Assembly: GCF_947568905.1 (NCBI RefSeq)
Contig: NC_079171.1
Coordinates: 8,804,001 to 8,868,000 of the forward strand
Length of the DNA stretch: 64,000 nucleotides
DNA from: Ostrea edulis
Lineage: Eukaryota
Direction of reading: 5' to 3'
In this document: piece by piece, positions 38,462 through 50,837 of the stretch
Layout of the letters: the number at the start of each line of letters is the position of its first letter
How positions within the stretch are numbered: position 1 is the first letter of the stretch
Made by a program: the position numbers and the translations under genes
Notes under the pieces: generated by a model
The model's database searches: none
What the model saw: the letters and a program-made list of their open reading frames with translations, nothing else
Told to the model about the DNA's origin: nothing

Positions 38462-38819
38462 ATATCAACACATGTGATGCTGGATCGTATTGGTTATTTT
38501 AGTTTATCTATATCAACACATGTGATGCTGGATCGTATTGGTTATTTTAGTGTATCTATGTCAACACGTGTGATGCTGGATCTTATTGGTTATTTTAGTG
38601 TGTATATATCAACACATGTGATGCTGGATCTTATTGGTTATTTTAGTGTATCTATGTCAATACGTGTGATGCTGGTTTTTATTGGTTATTTTAGTGTATC
38701 TATGTCAATACGTGTGATGCTGGTTTTTATTGGTTATTTTAGTGTATCTATATCAACACATGTGATCCTGGATCTTATTGGTTATTTTAGTGTATCTATA
38801 TCAACACCTGTGATGCTGT
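38462..38819. repeat. 48-bp minisatellite x~7
   Basis: Unit atcaacacatgtgatgctggatc(g/t)tattggttattttagtgtatctat. Confidence 0.95.
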
Positions 38820-39756
38820 TTTCATTTTATTTTTATTTTTGATTTGGACTAGTTTGTGATCTGTTTATCGGTAATAGATTAGAAGATTTATTTATCTAGA
38901 CAAATTTGCCTGTACATATTAAGACATTCACATTTACGAAGGTTGATTTGTATGTTTGACAAGTGTTCAAAAGCCAAAAAGGTTGCCACAAGGCTATGGC
39001 AGGCCAGAAGGGGCACCAGTAAAGTTACATAGGTTGCCATGAGGCTAGGACTGATTAGCACTGGCGGAATTATTGACCCCCCTACAATTTTCAAAGTATG
39101 TTACAAATCACTGCATACTATAAAAAGAAGTAAAATCAAATCATATCTATAATAATTGATTCTAAAAGGTGAACGTCAAAATACACAAAGTCTATAAATC
39201 CATATTTTACATAAGTAGAAGAAATGTACACACATAAATGAATAACTGTATAAAGATTCCGAGTTGATTATATATATATTTTCAATAGAAATACTAATAT
39301 GCGTTTCTCGAGAGTTGTTTATATATACCATAGTTTAATATTTTGCAGCCCCCCCCCTCCCCGAAATAATGCATTATTTTTTTATTGGCTATTATTAATT
39401 TTTTTTCCAAATTTACTTTTTATTTTAAAAACGAGAAACATATTTTGAGGCAAGAGACGTAACATGTTAGGAAAAGATGTAAGGGTGGATCCAGAAGATA
39501 GGGCTCCAGTCGATGGGTCCCCTCCCCCTTTGCGGAAAAAAAGTAAAGTTATTCAATTTTAAGGAGACTTCGCGTCAAAATGATATGAATGGTGGATATT
39601 TGCATGTGATAGCAGCATTCAAATTTATCAACACCAGTATATCATTTAATTCCCCGATGAATAATACGAAATACTCCTATATATTTAGATTTATATTCCC
39701 CCCTAAAATAACTCTAAAAGTTCATTTTTATTTCGGATTTCAAACATTTGGGTTGA

Positions 39757-39799
39757 GCATCACTGAAGAGACATTATTTGTCGAGTGCACATCTGTTGC
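39757..39799 (+). ncRNA. Degenerate copy of the PLE hammerhead ribozyme (probably inactive)
   Basis: Same flanks as 32218 and CTGAAGA/stem II intact, but the GAAA core is altered to GAG with a deletion. Confidence 0.6.
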
Positions 39800-39910
39800 A
39801 TCAAAATTCGTAACGTATAAGTTTTACATTTATGATATTTTCGTTAGATACAAGTACATCTACCCCATAAAATTCTTAAACAGTATATGCGACATAAAAG
39901 TTTCCTTCAA

Positions 39911-40226
39911 GGAGGTATGCTTCACCAGGGAAATTTGATATGGATAAAAGTGTTGGATATGTACAACAATATTTTGAAATTGAAAACTTTCAAATTTACT
40001 TTATTTAGTCAAACAATACAATTTTAGTTGAAAGTACTCTGAGAAAAATTCAAAACCCTGTTGGACTCGAACACGCAATCTACCATTCAACAGTCGATGT
40101 GCGAACCTACTGAGCTACTCAGTTAGGCAAGAATATTTTAAATGAATAGACAAATATTGCTGATATTTATATTTTTATCCATGTTTTAAAAGGACGTCAG
40201 CCATTGTGATGATGTAGAGAACCTCC
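39911..40226. mobile_element. TTAA-type (Kolobok-like) MITE containing a tRNA-like segment
   Basis: Ends ggaggt...acctcc with tcaa/ttaa flanks; the minus strand at ~40055-40128 has TAGCTCAGTAGG and GTTCGAGTC boxes. Confidence 0.5.
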
Positions 40227-41319
40227 TTAAGAAGCAGAAAATTGAAAAGTGAAAAAGAAGTCCAGGAAATCCTCAGAATGCAGGATTTTACACCACTTAC
40301 CGCAGAGCCTATTGAGAGTAACCTTTGAATCACTTTTTTTTTTAAAGATTTTATATAAAATCTGAATATATGGATAAAAATGACTCGAATGCGAGAAACA
40401 AATAGTAAAACGAAAGCAAATAGATGTATAAACTGTCCGAAGATCTCCCTAAAATGTTATGTACATAAGCAAAAAAGGTGTAATTGAGTGGGTTGGACAT
40501 TGTGAAAAATAGCTAAAAGATCGATCAAGTACTAGATCCCCCGCCACCTTCACAAATTCCTGGATCTACCTATGAGGTGTGAGTAGGGGGGATTCAATTC
40601 CAAGAAATACAAACAGATGGACTAAAATCACAGCTCAATGTCGAGCAAATAAGTTTGATTAGACAAAAAAATCAACGGATGATAAATTTTGCCTCATTTG
40701 AGTAGTGATAAAGGTGTGTTTGTAAGAGGGGGTGTAACTTTACCTGTGACGGCTAATTACATGGTTGAATTTTACTCTTGAAATTACTAACATTCAGGAG
40801 CTCCAGAGGGATTCGATCCCGGGGCCCCACCAGAGCTTTGCCTTGGACCAACTAGGGGCTTTAGGGCGACCCTCGATCCCCTGCCTCCGGAAACAAATTC
40901 CACGCCCCCCCCCCAACCAGAACTCCAAGATCCACCCCTGATTAGGAGGGACATCGACAAGGTTACACATTTTCCAAACCACTGAAAAATCAAATGGATT
41001 CAAAATCGATATAATGGACTTACTTTGATTTGGTAAGAAGTTGTGGCCAAGGTTAAGGTTTGTGTCAAGTTGCATCGTCAATTATTTATTTCAAATAGCC
41101 AAAATTTAAAAATAATCCGATTTTCAAATTTAAACCAATCCCCATAGGAATTATTTTAAAAGTTGTCATAAAGAATATGGTAATCAGAAAACTACATGCC
41201 CTTGATATAAAAAGACTGACAATTGAAATGAATTTATCAAAATATCTTCATGAAAAGGGCATAACATTAACAACAATTTGATTTAGTATATTCTATCAAT
41301 TTTGATCGGAATTGGTATT

Positions 41320-42363
41320 TTAGCTTATCTGAGACAAAGGGATATGTGAGCTTTTCTGATCAAAACTTTTCATTGTCTGCTGTTGTAAACTTTTCACATT
41401 TTCATCTTTTTCCAAACCGCCAGGCCAATTTCAACTAAATTTCATACAAAACACCCTCGGGTGAAGGGGATTCCAGTTGGTTGAAATGAGGAAAAATACT
41501 CTTTTCCAAGGAGATATGATAATGAAGATGCACTTTCAAATTTTAATGTTCTCCAGAACTAGTGAACCAATTTCAATCAAACTTGGTAAAAGGCACCACT
41601 GTCCCTTTCAAAGGGGAGATAATCACAAAACATTGGATGTAGTCATTTAAAAGTTTACTCACGAGCCATTGGTTCATGCAAGTTCAAATTTACATAACGG
41701 ATTCCTGACATAATGCATATTTGAGTGTGTTAAAACCATAATCCCCGGACGTAGAGTAAAGCCCTAATAGGGGATCAATTTTTTACATCCTGATATGTAG
41801 GTAAAATCTTGTATAAGTCTTCTCTAGAACCACTGCGCCAGAACATGGAAGCTCTCTCACAAATATCGCCGCGGTGGTCAAGAAGTTAGAGCGTTCGCCC
41901 CGCAAGCGGTAGTCCGGGGTTCGAATCCCGGGCGCGACAGACCTAACTCGTTAAAATAATTCCATCGCCAAACGCTCGGCATCAGATGTGAATGTCACGG
42001 GTCCTCGGAGATGACCTTTAAAACGGATGTCCCGTCTCAAAGTAGGTGTGGCACGCTAAAGAACCCTCACTGCTCAATGGCAATAATTTAAGCGCTGAGC
42101 ATTGGCTAAAATTTGAAGTCCCTCACCGGTCTTGGTGACGTCTCCATATGAGTGAAAAAATCTCCAGCTAGACGTTAAGCAAGATTCAATCAATCAATCT
42201 CCGACATAGTGTAGATTCAAGTTTGTTGCAATCATGGCACCGGAGGTTAAGTGGGATCACAATAGGTGATATGATTTAAGTTTTATCTACAAATACATAG
42301 GGGGATCTTTAAATATAGGGAATTTGTTTCGGGCGAGGGATGTGGCCCATAAGGCCTTTCTTT
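41320..42363 (-). mobile_element. Second HINE/Helentron derivative, interrupted by a SINE
   Basis: tttagcttatctgag (reverse complement of the HINE right end) at 41320 and gatgtggcccataaggcctttc (reverse complement of the left end) at ~42340. Confidence 0.65.
41867..42199 (+). mobile_element. Full-length tRNA-derived bivalve SINE
   Basis: tRNA-like head with GGTTCGAATCC, body 'gacagacctaa...gtcacgggtcctcggagatgacc...ggcacgctaaagaaccctcactgctc', and (CAAT)n tail. Confidence 0.85.
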
Positions 42364-43109
42364 TATCTAGTTTGACTGAAATCTAAAAACAAAATAGCAA
42401 TATTTCTTAACTTTGGTCATTTTATTTCAATTTCTTTTTATATGTATTTGTCCGATATATCTTTTTTTACAACTTGACAAGTTAAAGGAGGGGGATGTAG
42501 TAATTATGACTATACGGACCATGGATATCGTGTTTTCAGCGTGTAAACCCAACTTCAACAACTCAAAAAAGTTTCTTTATTTTATGAATATCGTAATATT
42601 AATGAACGCATATCTATTTCATTAAACTATAACAATTTAACAGCACATATTTGGTTCTTGTTGTGACTTTTTTTTTTATAACATGTACCTCTTTATAGCA
42701 ATAATAACAAATTGCATTGATTTTTATCTTCAGTTGGATGGGTTTGCTTCATTCTATATTTATTCAAAAGCTTCTACATGAGAAGAAAACTATTCCCGTG
42801 TATGGAATCCGGAAACAGGAGGGGGAAATTCTATACAGGACGGTTTTTCCGCCCGGAGGGAAATTATATACTGACTTTGTACATAGGTGATATTATATGT
42901 TTGGGCGCTTTTTCTTTCTATGGGGAAGATCTATCGTTTTTCCGGGTGGGGGGTGTCTATGCTACAATACCGGCCCAGCCACAAATATTCTCTCTCCTAT
43001 ACACTACAGTTGGTGCCGTGACCACCCCTGCAAAGCATGCTGTCCCGAGAGGGGAGAAAATAATCTGGGTTATGTGTCTTTCAGGATGAAGGCAATTTAG
43101 GGAGGGAAA

Positions 43110-43380
43110 AATGTAGCGGTCAGCCGAGTTCGAACACCGGTGGTCCGATAGCTTAGTTGATACAACACCCGATTAGAGATTCAGAGGGCCAGGTTCGAAT
43201 TTCGGTGTGGTCCGTTGCATATTATTCGATTCCGTTTCATAGATCAGTCCCCTGAAACTGTCAGGTGAAAATGTCTGCTAGGAGATAAAGATCCTGGGCT
43301 GGTGTCTTTAAGATAATTCAGAGAATCCGGGTTCGAATCCCTGTCTGCTCCGTTTTCATTTTCTCCATTCCTGTAATATA
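43110..43380 (+). repeat. Tandem degenerate tRNA-derived heads
   Basis: Three GTTCGAA B-boxes (~43128, 43193, 43331), one with A-box TAGCTTAGTTG; no complete cloverleaf. Confidence 0.5.
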
Positions 43381-44068
43381 ATCAAGAGCTTGTTTTACTT
43401 TTCCGATGGAGAAATCATGCTTTATTTTAGGTGTCTATACGAAGCATTTAAGATTAAATATTAGTTAATGAGCCACTTTAAATCTTTTTTAATCTGAAAT
43501 GTATGTATACAGTGGTGGATTTAAGGGGGTGCAGCCGCCGGCCTCTTATTTTTGTTTTTCAAATTTGGGGTCAATTGTGGTTTCTTCTTTGTAAAAATGT
43601 AAACAACAAAAGTAAGGACAAATTAATGACAAAATCTTTTGACTTATTGAATTACTATGATTGGGAGAACTAACACCTTTTACCCCAAACCCTTAAAATC
43701 TATGCCACTTTATCAATTCAACCTCCTCTTTCATAAAGTTGCGCTCCAATAAGTGCAATTCTCGGATCCGCCCAGATATACATTTTCAAAAGGAAGTTCC
43801 GACATTTTGAAAACTATATATATGCGTCCAAATTTAGTATTTCGAATCTTGAAATATCAATACAGTAACTGCCACCCACGTATCACTGTGTTCAATTAGT
43901 CTATATATAAATTGAATCTAAACCTTAACCACCACCCCGCCACCAAATTGGATTAGGTCTATTTATGTCCCACATAGGATTCCATGTTTCTGAATACTCT
44001 GCCTACGTCACAGTTTTGATCCGTTTCTGGACACATTTTCAGTGTGAATATATTCTGCACATTGATGT

Positions 44069-44523
44069 CAATGGCGGATTTAAGGGCGGCGCAGCCCCCC
44101 CCCCCCCTAAAGTTTTCAAATTTAAGGTAAATCGTGGTCTCCTGTTTAGAAAAATGTAACCCATAAAAGCAGTAATTTCTTCCACTCCCGGAGAGATAGG
44201 CCTTAATGACAAAATATTTTGATTTAGTGAATTACTTTTAATGGGAGAACTTACATTTTTTCTTCCAAAAACCCTTAATGTTAGCGCCATTTAATAATTT
44301 TACCTTATTACATGTAAAAATGACAGAAAATAGTAAAAATTACTACATAGGAGACATATTTCAAACCTTATAAAATTTGTAAAATTCAGCCGGGACCTCA
44401 CGCGGGCTTCGCCCCCTGGACTCCCATCAGGGCTTTGTCCATGACCCACTGGTGGCCTCATCGCGGCCCCAAGCCTCACAGAAACGTTGCGCCCCCTCAC
44501 CGGAATTACTGGATCCGCCCTCG
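44069..44523. mobile_element. GC-rich MITE (CAGTGGCGGAT...GGATCCGCCCCTG family) upstream of TRIM-4
   Basis: Imperfect TIRs. The empty site is seen before TRIM-1 (gatgttgcgg at ~6959), and an orthologous insertion lies before TRIM-5. A related copy is at ~43510-43773. Confidence 0.75.
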
Positions 44524-44888
44524 AGTGTTGCGAACATTATAGACCCCAACGTACAGGGAGGACAGTATCACTATTTAATTATCTAGAATTCAAACATTTA
44601 GATAGATCTATACTCGGCCTTAAATTGTCTCAATCTTAAAAAAAAATCCCTTTATAAGATAGACATATTATATTCCAGTAATAGATAAACATTGAAAAAT
44701 ATAGATGTTTACATATTTGATAGAATTCAAACCTTAACAAATTCAAATTACACTTATTTATGTCCCGCATAGGTTTCCATGTCCCTAGAAATTGTCCCGT
44801 TTCTACACGCCGAGGTTGGCTTCGGATATTTTACACTCTGGATCTACAAGGAGGACAGTGAAATATATGCTTTATGTGCTTGTTGGCA

Positions 44889-44936
44889 ATGACAATGTGT
44901 ACAATCGACACTTCATCTACAAACACCACAGTGTAA
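44889..44936 (+). other. uORF (15 aa) MTMCTIDTSSTNTTV*
   Basis: Homologous start and position to the uORFs of TRIM-1, TRIM-2 and TRIM-5. Confidence 0.6.
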
Positions 44937-44996
44937 TATTCCATGGTTTAAAAAAATAGAACGCCGAGGTTAAAGCGGGTTCGCCGAATTTGAAAT

Positions 44997-45008
44997 GAAA
45001 CCGAAAGT
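44997..45008 (+). promoter_or_regulatory. IRF-E/ISRE-like element GAAACCGAAAGT
   Basis: Exact IRF-E match, 17 nt before the ATG. Confidence 0.6.
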
Positions 45009-45025
45009 TGATTTGTAATATAAAG

Positions 45026-46898
45026 ATGGCAACATCACTAGATAGTTCTTCGATGGAGGATGTTACATTGTGTTCTATATGTTTCGAAAAGTTCAAGTCG
45101 CCGAGGTTTTTACCGTGTACACATTCCTTCTGTCAAGGTTGTTTATCTTCCTACATTGTTAATGTGTGTAAATCTACGGAGCCTCGTTTGGGATTTAATT
45201 GTCCATTATGCCGCGAGTACATACCCTGTCCTGGAGCCTTCGATAAGTCAGACGAGTGGGCGGGGCTATTTCCGTTGAATGAAGTTTTAGAGGCAATCGT
45301 TCATAAGCCTGATGAGAAACTGTGTGATCCCTGTTTGCGAGATAACGAAAATGAAAATGCTACGGGGATATGTTTGTCATGTACTGAATATCTATGTAAA
45401 ATATGCACGAAACATCACAAAAGACAACTGCTCTTAAAAGACCATATCGTATGTCAATTGAACGAGATGAAATCCGGTAACGTAATTCCCTCATCAGGAA
45501 ATACCCACGGTTGCCCTGAACTTAAAAAAGAAACAATCAAATTCTTCTGTAACGATCACCAGCAGTCCTGCTGTTCGTTGTGTATTGGAACAAGTCACAG
45601 AAAATGGGAAAGTATTGATACTGTCGAAGTTGCGGCAAAACATTTAAAAGAAAATGGCCAACCGGATGTACTTTTTGGTGATGTGAAGAACCTGGAAAAG
45701 AAACTGACAAAAGCAAAGAGCGAGCAAGAGAAGAATGTAGCAGAAATAGAGAACTCAGTGGACGAAATCATAGAGGAAACAGAAAAGGAATTCAAAGAAC
45801 TTGTTGATCACTTAGAAATGCTGAAGAACAGACATTTAGATGAAGTAGCAGGTGCGCTGAAGAAAGGAAGGGGGGGAGTTGGGTGATTGTACAAATGTAC
45901 TTACTGATGGTATACAGTGTACAAAATACTGCTGCCGGAATATTGAAAGAGCTAAAGAGCCAGAGAATGACGCTGAAATGTTAACTACTTATTACAGAGT
46001 GAAAGAGAGGCTCTTACAGCTTCAACAGTTTAAATTCACGAAGAAACAGATAACGATATCTGAAAGAAAGTCACAAGTTCTGAAAGAAGTGAGAAATATG
46101 GAATCTTTTGGAGATATTGAATATGCTGAGTCTGATTTTCGCATCACATACGATGTACATGACATTGCGTTATCTTTAGTTTCTGAATTCAGCATTGATG
46201 GAGGAAATCCGAATGTGTGGACTGGGAATTTTCTGTCGAATGGTAACTTTGTAGTTGCAAATTGCAAATCTAATGACACTTGTTTTATTTATAACAAAGA
46301 CTGGAAATCCACGGAAGTCATTGATGGACTGAGTACCCCTTTTAAAGCAATAAAAGCCGGAGAGGAACTACTGGTGACGTGTTCTGGAACGAAATCTATT
46401 GAAGTTTATTCTGCGTCTGATTTACATAAACTGCGAAGTATCAATATAAACGAATATGTGTATGGAATAACAAAACACAATGGAGCGTGTTATGTAGCAT
46501 GTGGAAATAAAATCATAAAAATTGATATGTCCGGTAAAAAACTGAAAGAATATAAAGTTGAATGGGGTACTATTAACATAAGTACAACACAACATGGACA
46601 CCTTGTGTACAGTAACCATCCCCGTAATAGAGTAACCGCAATCACTGATCAGGGAGACACCGTCTGGCAGTATACACATCTGAAAATGATAGAACCCCAT
46701 GGACTTGATGTAGGCTATATCGGTAATATCTTTGTTGCCGCTAGAGGAAGTGACAATATCCACGTGTTGTCTGGCGCTGGCAGTCTCATTAGGATTATCG
46801 AGGATATTCCACAGCCAGTGTTTATTAAACTAATGGAGGAGAGGAGTATGTGTTGTGTGTGCAGTGGTTGTAAAATCATGAAAGTGTATAAACTGTAG
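45026..46898 (+). pseudogene. TRIM-4: frameshifted TRIM-NHL paralogue (probable pseudogene)
   Basis: A 7-G run at 45870-45876 where 6 G would keep the frame. B-box2 zinc ligands are also changed (CPEH>CPEL, HRKC>HRKW). Otherwise very similar to TRIM-5. Confidence 0.8.
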
Positions 46899-47502
46899 CT
46901 TTTCGTAGATTTGTTTTGAAATATTCCATGAGATAAAATATACCGAAACACAAGCTGTTGGACGATTTGATAAATTCAATTCTAATTGAAAATCAAATAT
47001 AAAATATGATTTCGTTCGATGACTCACCGTATTTTAACTTAATAAAAGTCTTCAGTGTCAACCCACTGGTCTTGGAGCAGGTTGCTGTAGTTGAATGGTT
47101 TCACTCAAGGGAGGTCCTTGACTCTATTTTTGATTCCAGTACCTCGTCAAACCTAAGACTGAATACATCGATAGTGAATCAATATGTATAACCTTAAAGC
47201 TAAAATGAGGTTATAAATAATTTACAATGTTTTCGTCACATACAATATTTCATTTACATGTATTTGTATTTCTGTACATCATGTATGTAGGAAACTCTAC
47301 TATTTTTGTTTTTTGTTTTTTGTTTTGGTTGATTCGGTGGTTTGTCAGAAGAAGCGAATAAATTGTCACTGTACATAATCTGCAGTTGTCTGTCTCAGTA
47401 AGTAAAAATGATATAAAATACGGATTATGTATTTGTTATTCTAAAACAATCAACAATATGTAAAATATATACTAAGGGTAATAATTTCTATTTACTGTAT
47501 GA

Positions 47503-47705
47503 AAGGTGAATATGACAAACAGTGATCATTCTCATAACTCCCACAAGCAATACAAAAAAGATAGATTGGCAAGCATGGCCCCTGGACACACCAGAAGTGG
47601 GATCTGGTGCCTAGGAGGAGTAATCATCCCCTATCGACCGGTCACACCCGCCGGGAGCCCTATATCCTGATCAGGTAAACGGAGTTATCCGCAGTCAAAA
47701 TCATT
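47503..47705 (-). mobile_element. Naiad-like 3' tail
   Basis: 'aaaggtgaatatgacaaacagtgatc...ggtgcctaggaggag...gatcaggtaaacggagttatccgcagtcaaaatca'. Confidence 0.8.
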
Positions 47706-47721
47706 GTACAATTGTATTTGG

Positions 47722-48310
47722 CTATAATGACCAAACAATTCTCAATCGACAAGCATTGACCGGTCTTAACCAGTATTGTACATTGTACATTTATTTCCAT
47801 TGAAATAGGTGTAAGTTTATAACTTGCCTACATTTCATATTCTTGTTTTACGTCCCGTATATTGTGACGTCATCAGTTGTAGGGGAAGTAACACACATCT
47901 CGATCAATGTTTATCGGTTACGACCGTAGCAGTGAGGGTTCTTTAACGCCGGGCAATGCCTATCGCGTCGTCTCCATATCCAAAAGATTCGGGACTCTCA
48001 CTTGTAACCATGGAGCAATTTGCAAAAGAGCAATCCCTACATGTATTTGAGTGCTAGCCATGACACCAGAGGAGCTCTAACTAACGAATTCACGGTTGCT
48101 AACTTTACCTTCGATAAGATTTCTTATATCAAGTATGAATGCCTATTTATTACATGTACACATTATTTATATTGTAATACATACGGGCTGAATTTTATTA
48201 TAATCAGTGTTGGCAGAAATGTGGTCAATATGCGTATTGACCGGGCCGGTGGTCAATACTGGTTAAGACCGGGCAATGCTTGTCGATTGAAAATTGTTTG
48301 GTCATTATAG
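47722..48310. mobile_element. MITE with ~57-bp TIRs
   Basis: ctataatgaccaaacaatt(c/t)tcaatcgacaagcattg(a/c)ccggtcttaaccagtattg is inverted at both ends; no TSD recognised. Confidence 0.75.
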
Positions 48311-48558
48311 TCTCGTTCTTATTGGTTATTCTAATTGTTTATGTGGCCATAACGGTAGCTATTGTAATTCATCACATGTACTATGAGTTTATGATATACT
48401 TATAAGTCATAATATTAAAAAAACATAATGTAAATGACTCGATTGAGTTGGGGAAGATGCAAAGTTCCCTGTTCAAATACTTGACCTTTAACAAGATCTA
48501 CCTATTGTTTTAAATATTCATTTAATAAATAAACATTATTTGAGTGGTGGGTTGGTGA

Positions 48559-48561
<3 letters not shown>

Positions 48562-48599
<38 letters not shown>
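48562..48599. repeat. (GA)n microsatellite
   Basis: About 19 GA units. Confidence 0.97.
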
Positions 48600-48602
<3 letters not shown>

Positions 48603-49251
48603 TCGATCATATTTACACAATGAATGCCGATATCATTGGGGAACAGCGAGTATACAATACAGGTATTCTCGCAAAGCTGAACTAACAACTGCCCACATCA
48701 AGGAGTATTTGACATTCGCTGTAAAATTAGCTAGACATGCCGGGCTGATTGCTTGTAAAGTTATTCGCCCAGCCAAAGACCTATTAACCCTGAGAAAATA
48801 ACTGCATATTTAAAACTTACTTTTACATGTATTACTATACGTATATATCTTCTAATGAAGTACGACGGACCTAATTCGTTTCTAGTTCATTATTTTTTTT
48901 TTTTAAATTTGATATACAGTTGAATATGCAGTAAATTATACTAAATTGATGAGATCTGTCCATTTTGTTACAGGTACAATAATTTCATTTAGCGGAAATT
49001 TTATCACGTCCGATCGGGTGTCTATACCAATAAATTTAATCGCCCGTGGTAAAATTCATACATCTCGGGCGGTGTGTATATTTCAAACACTACAACGGGC
49101 TGAAAACTCTAAATTCTATAATAACAAGAGAGTGAAGTTGGTTCGAAAATTAGAAAAAGTAACAGACGTTTAAAGTGAATCTGTAATACAAGTTAAAGAT
49201 AAGCATAGCTTTAAAATGCAGTAATGTTTTCGAGGAGTTGTTTGGTGGTTA

Positions 49252-50429
49252 CCTGTAAAGTGCGAAACGAAATCGAAACGAAACGAAACGGAATAGAGAG
49301 TATAACCGAACTCTTTTAATTATAATAATTAAAAATGGTATCTTGGACTCCTGTGAAATTTGCTACGTATAAATGAAATTCGCCTCCCCTTTGGTGTAGG
49401 CTTTCCGCTTGACTGATTCAAAGTATTAAAAGTTGGAAGTGGGGAGTAAATACTAAGTACATATCCGAAGTTGATTAAATATCATGTGCAATTAGTTTCG
49501 GATCCATAAATTTCAGAATGGAGGGTTACAGTCTGGGGAAACACACTAGACGAGGGGTGGGGTAGCCGACATTGGATCCGCCTTTTGGTATAGATTCATT
49601 GTTTGGAGAAGCTGGTGTATGATAAAATTGAAAACAGGAAGAGCTCTTAACCTCTTATTTTTTTTCTAATTGCTGAGGTGCGAATACTTACAATAATGGA
49701 AAAAAATTAAATAGTATACCATATTATATTAATGCAATTCGGTAAGATATATACACATGTATTATTAAAAAATTATTATTGATATGTAAAGAGTCTAAAA
49801 ACTCTATTCATTTGGGTTGTTGCTAAGACGTGGAATTGAAAACGGGACGGAAAAAGGAATTTTTTTTATGCAATAATATCATAAGGAGGTCAGCACTTTG
49901 TAAAATCAAAAGGCTTATGAACAAGAGAAGCAGAAATTACAAAAAGAACGGGAGGACATACTCAGAATCCACCGTTTGATATACTATATACAAATACACA
50001 ATGTCCACATGTATACATACATTTGTCTGTAGAGCAAAAAATACTGAAACATGTATTTATGCCCAAAAGCGGATCCAACGACGCGGTAAGTGTGTTTCCC
50101 CGGACCTCTGAGATTATAACCCTCCGTTCTGAAATTTATGGATTTGAAACTAATTGCACATGGAATTTAATCAACTTCGGATATGTACTTTGTGCTTACT
50201 CAACCCCTTTCCAACTTTTAAAACTTTGTATCAGTCAAGCCGAAAGCCTAAATCAAAGGGGAGGCTAATTTTATTTATATGTGGTAACTTTCACAGGGGC
50301 CTAATATACCATTTTTATTATTACAATTAAAAGAGCTCGGTCATGCAACCTGTTTCGTTTCGTTTCGGTGGATTTCGTTTAGTTTCGGTAGATTTTCTTT
50401 CGTTTCGATTTCATTTCGCACTTTACAGG
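49252..50429. mobile_element. 1.18-kb TIR element with terminal (GAAAC)n arrays
   Basis: ta|cctgtaaagtgcgaaa(c/t)gaaatcgaaacgaaa at both ends in inverted orientation, with TA flanks. Confidence 0.75.
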
Positions 50430-50837
50430 TACCTGTTGTTTGGTTGGGAAAGTGAGCATTTCCATGTGTTTGTAGGGGGGGGGGGGGGCAAATAAACATG
50501 AATATAGTGTAAGATAGGTACAACTTTGGTTGCATTTCTGCTTAGAATATCAAAACCTGATTAAACTATATGAAACTAAACATTCAACCTTAATGGGATT
50601 CATAAATTAAATTATATTATAACATTAGTTAATTCATTGCTACTGCGATCATGCGATGGCAAAAGAAGATAAGAATTTCAATCATTAGCCGTGCAAAACG
50701 AATAAGATATATAGGTCAATAAATGTACACATTCATAAAAGTTAAAAAATTTCGCGATATGTATTTTGTAAATAATTAATTATTCTGTCCATAAATATTT
50801 GATTTCCCCTCAAAAACCAGGAGTCAATAACGTTGTT

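Noticed and set aside
38474-38842. 122-aa repetitive hydrophobic ORF
   Set aside because: A 48-bp minisatellite with a stop-free frame; no splice or expression evidence.
15593-43380. tRNA genes at the A/B-box sites (15596, 40055, 41870, 43130)
   Set aside because: No complete cloverleaf, and they run into SINE or MITE bodies; treated as tRNA-derived repeats.
43790-43985. NF-kB sites (ggaagttcc, ggattcc) near the TRIM leaders
   Set aside because: They do not match GGGRNNYYCC fully, and the conserved 'catagg.ttcc' is better explained as a splice acceptor.
44790-44830. Possible third, older copy of the RING start (ttctacacgccgaggtt, FYTPRL) just after the acceptor
   Set aside because: Only ~11 nt match, and the homologous positions before TRIM-1 and in the first TRIM-4 module do not show it; too weak.
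7152-45025. ORF-track starts at 7152, 12643, 33074 and 45008
   Set aside because: These are non-ATG codons; the paralogue alignment and Kozak context (aaagATGg or similar) place the starts at 7170, 12625, 33212 and 45026.
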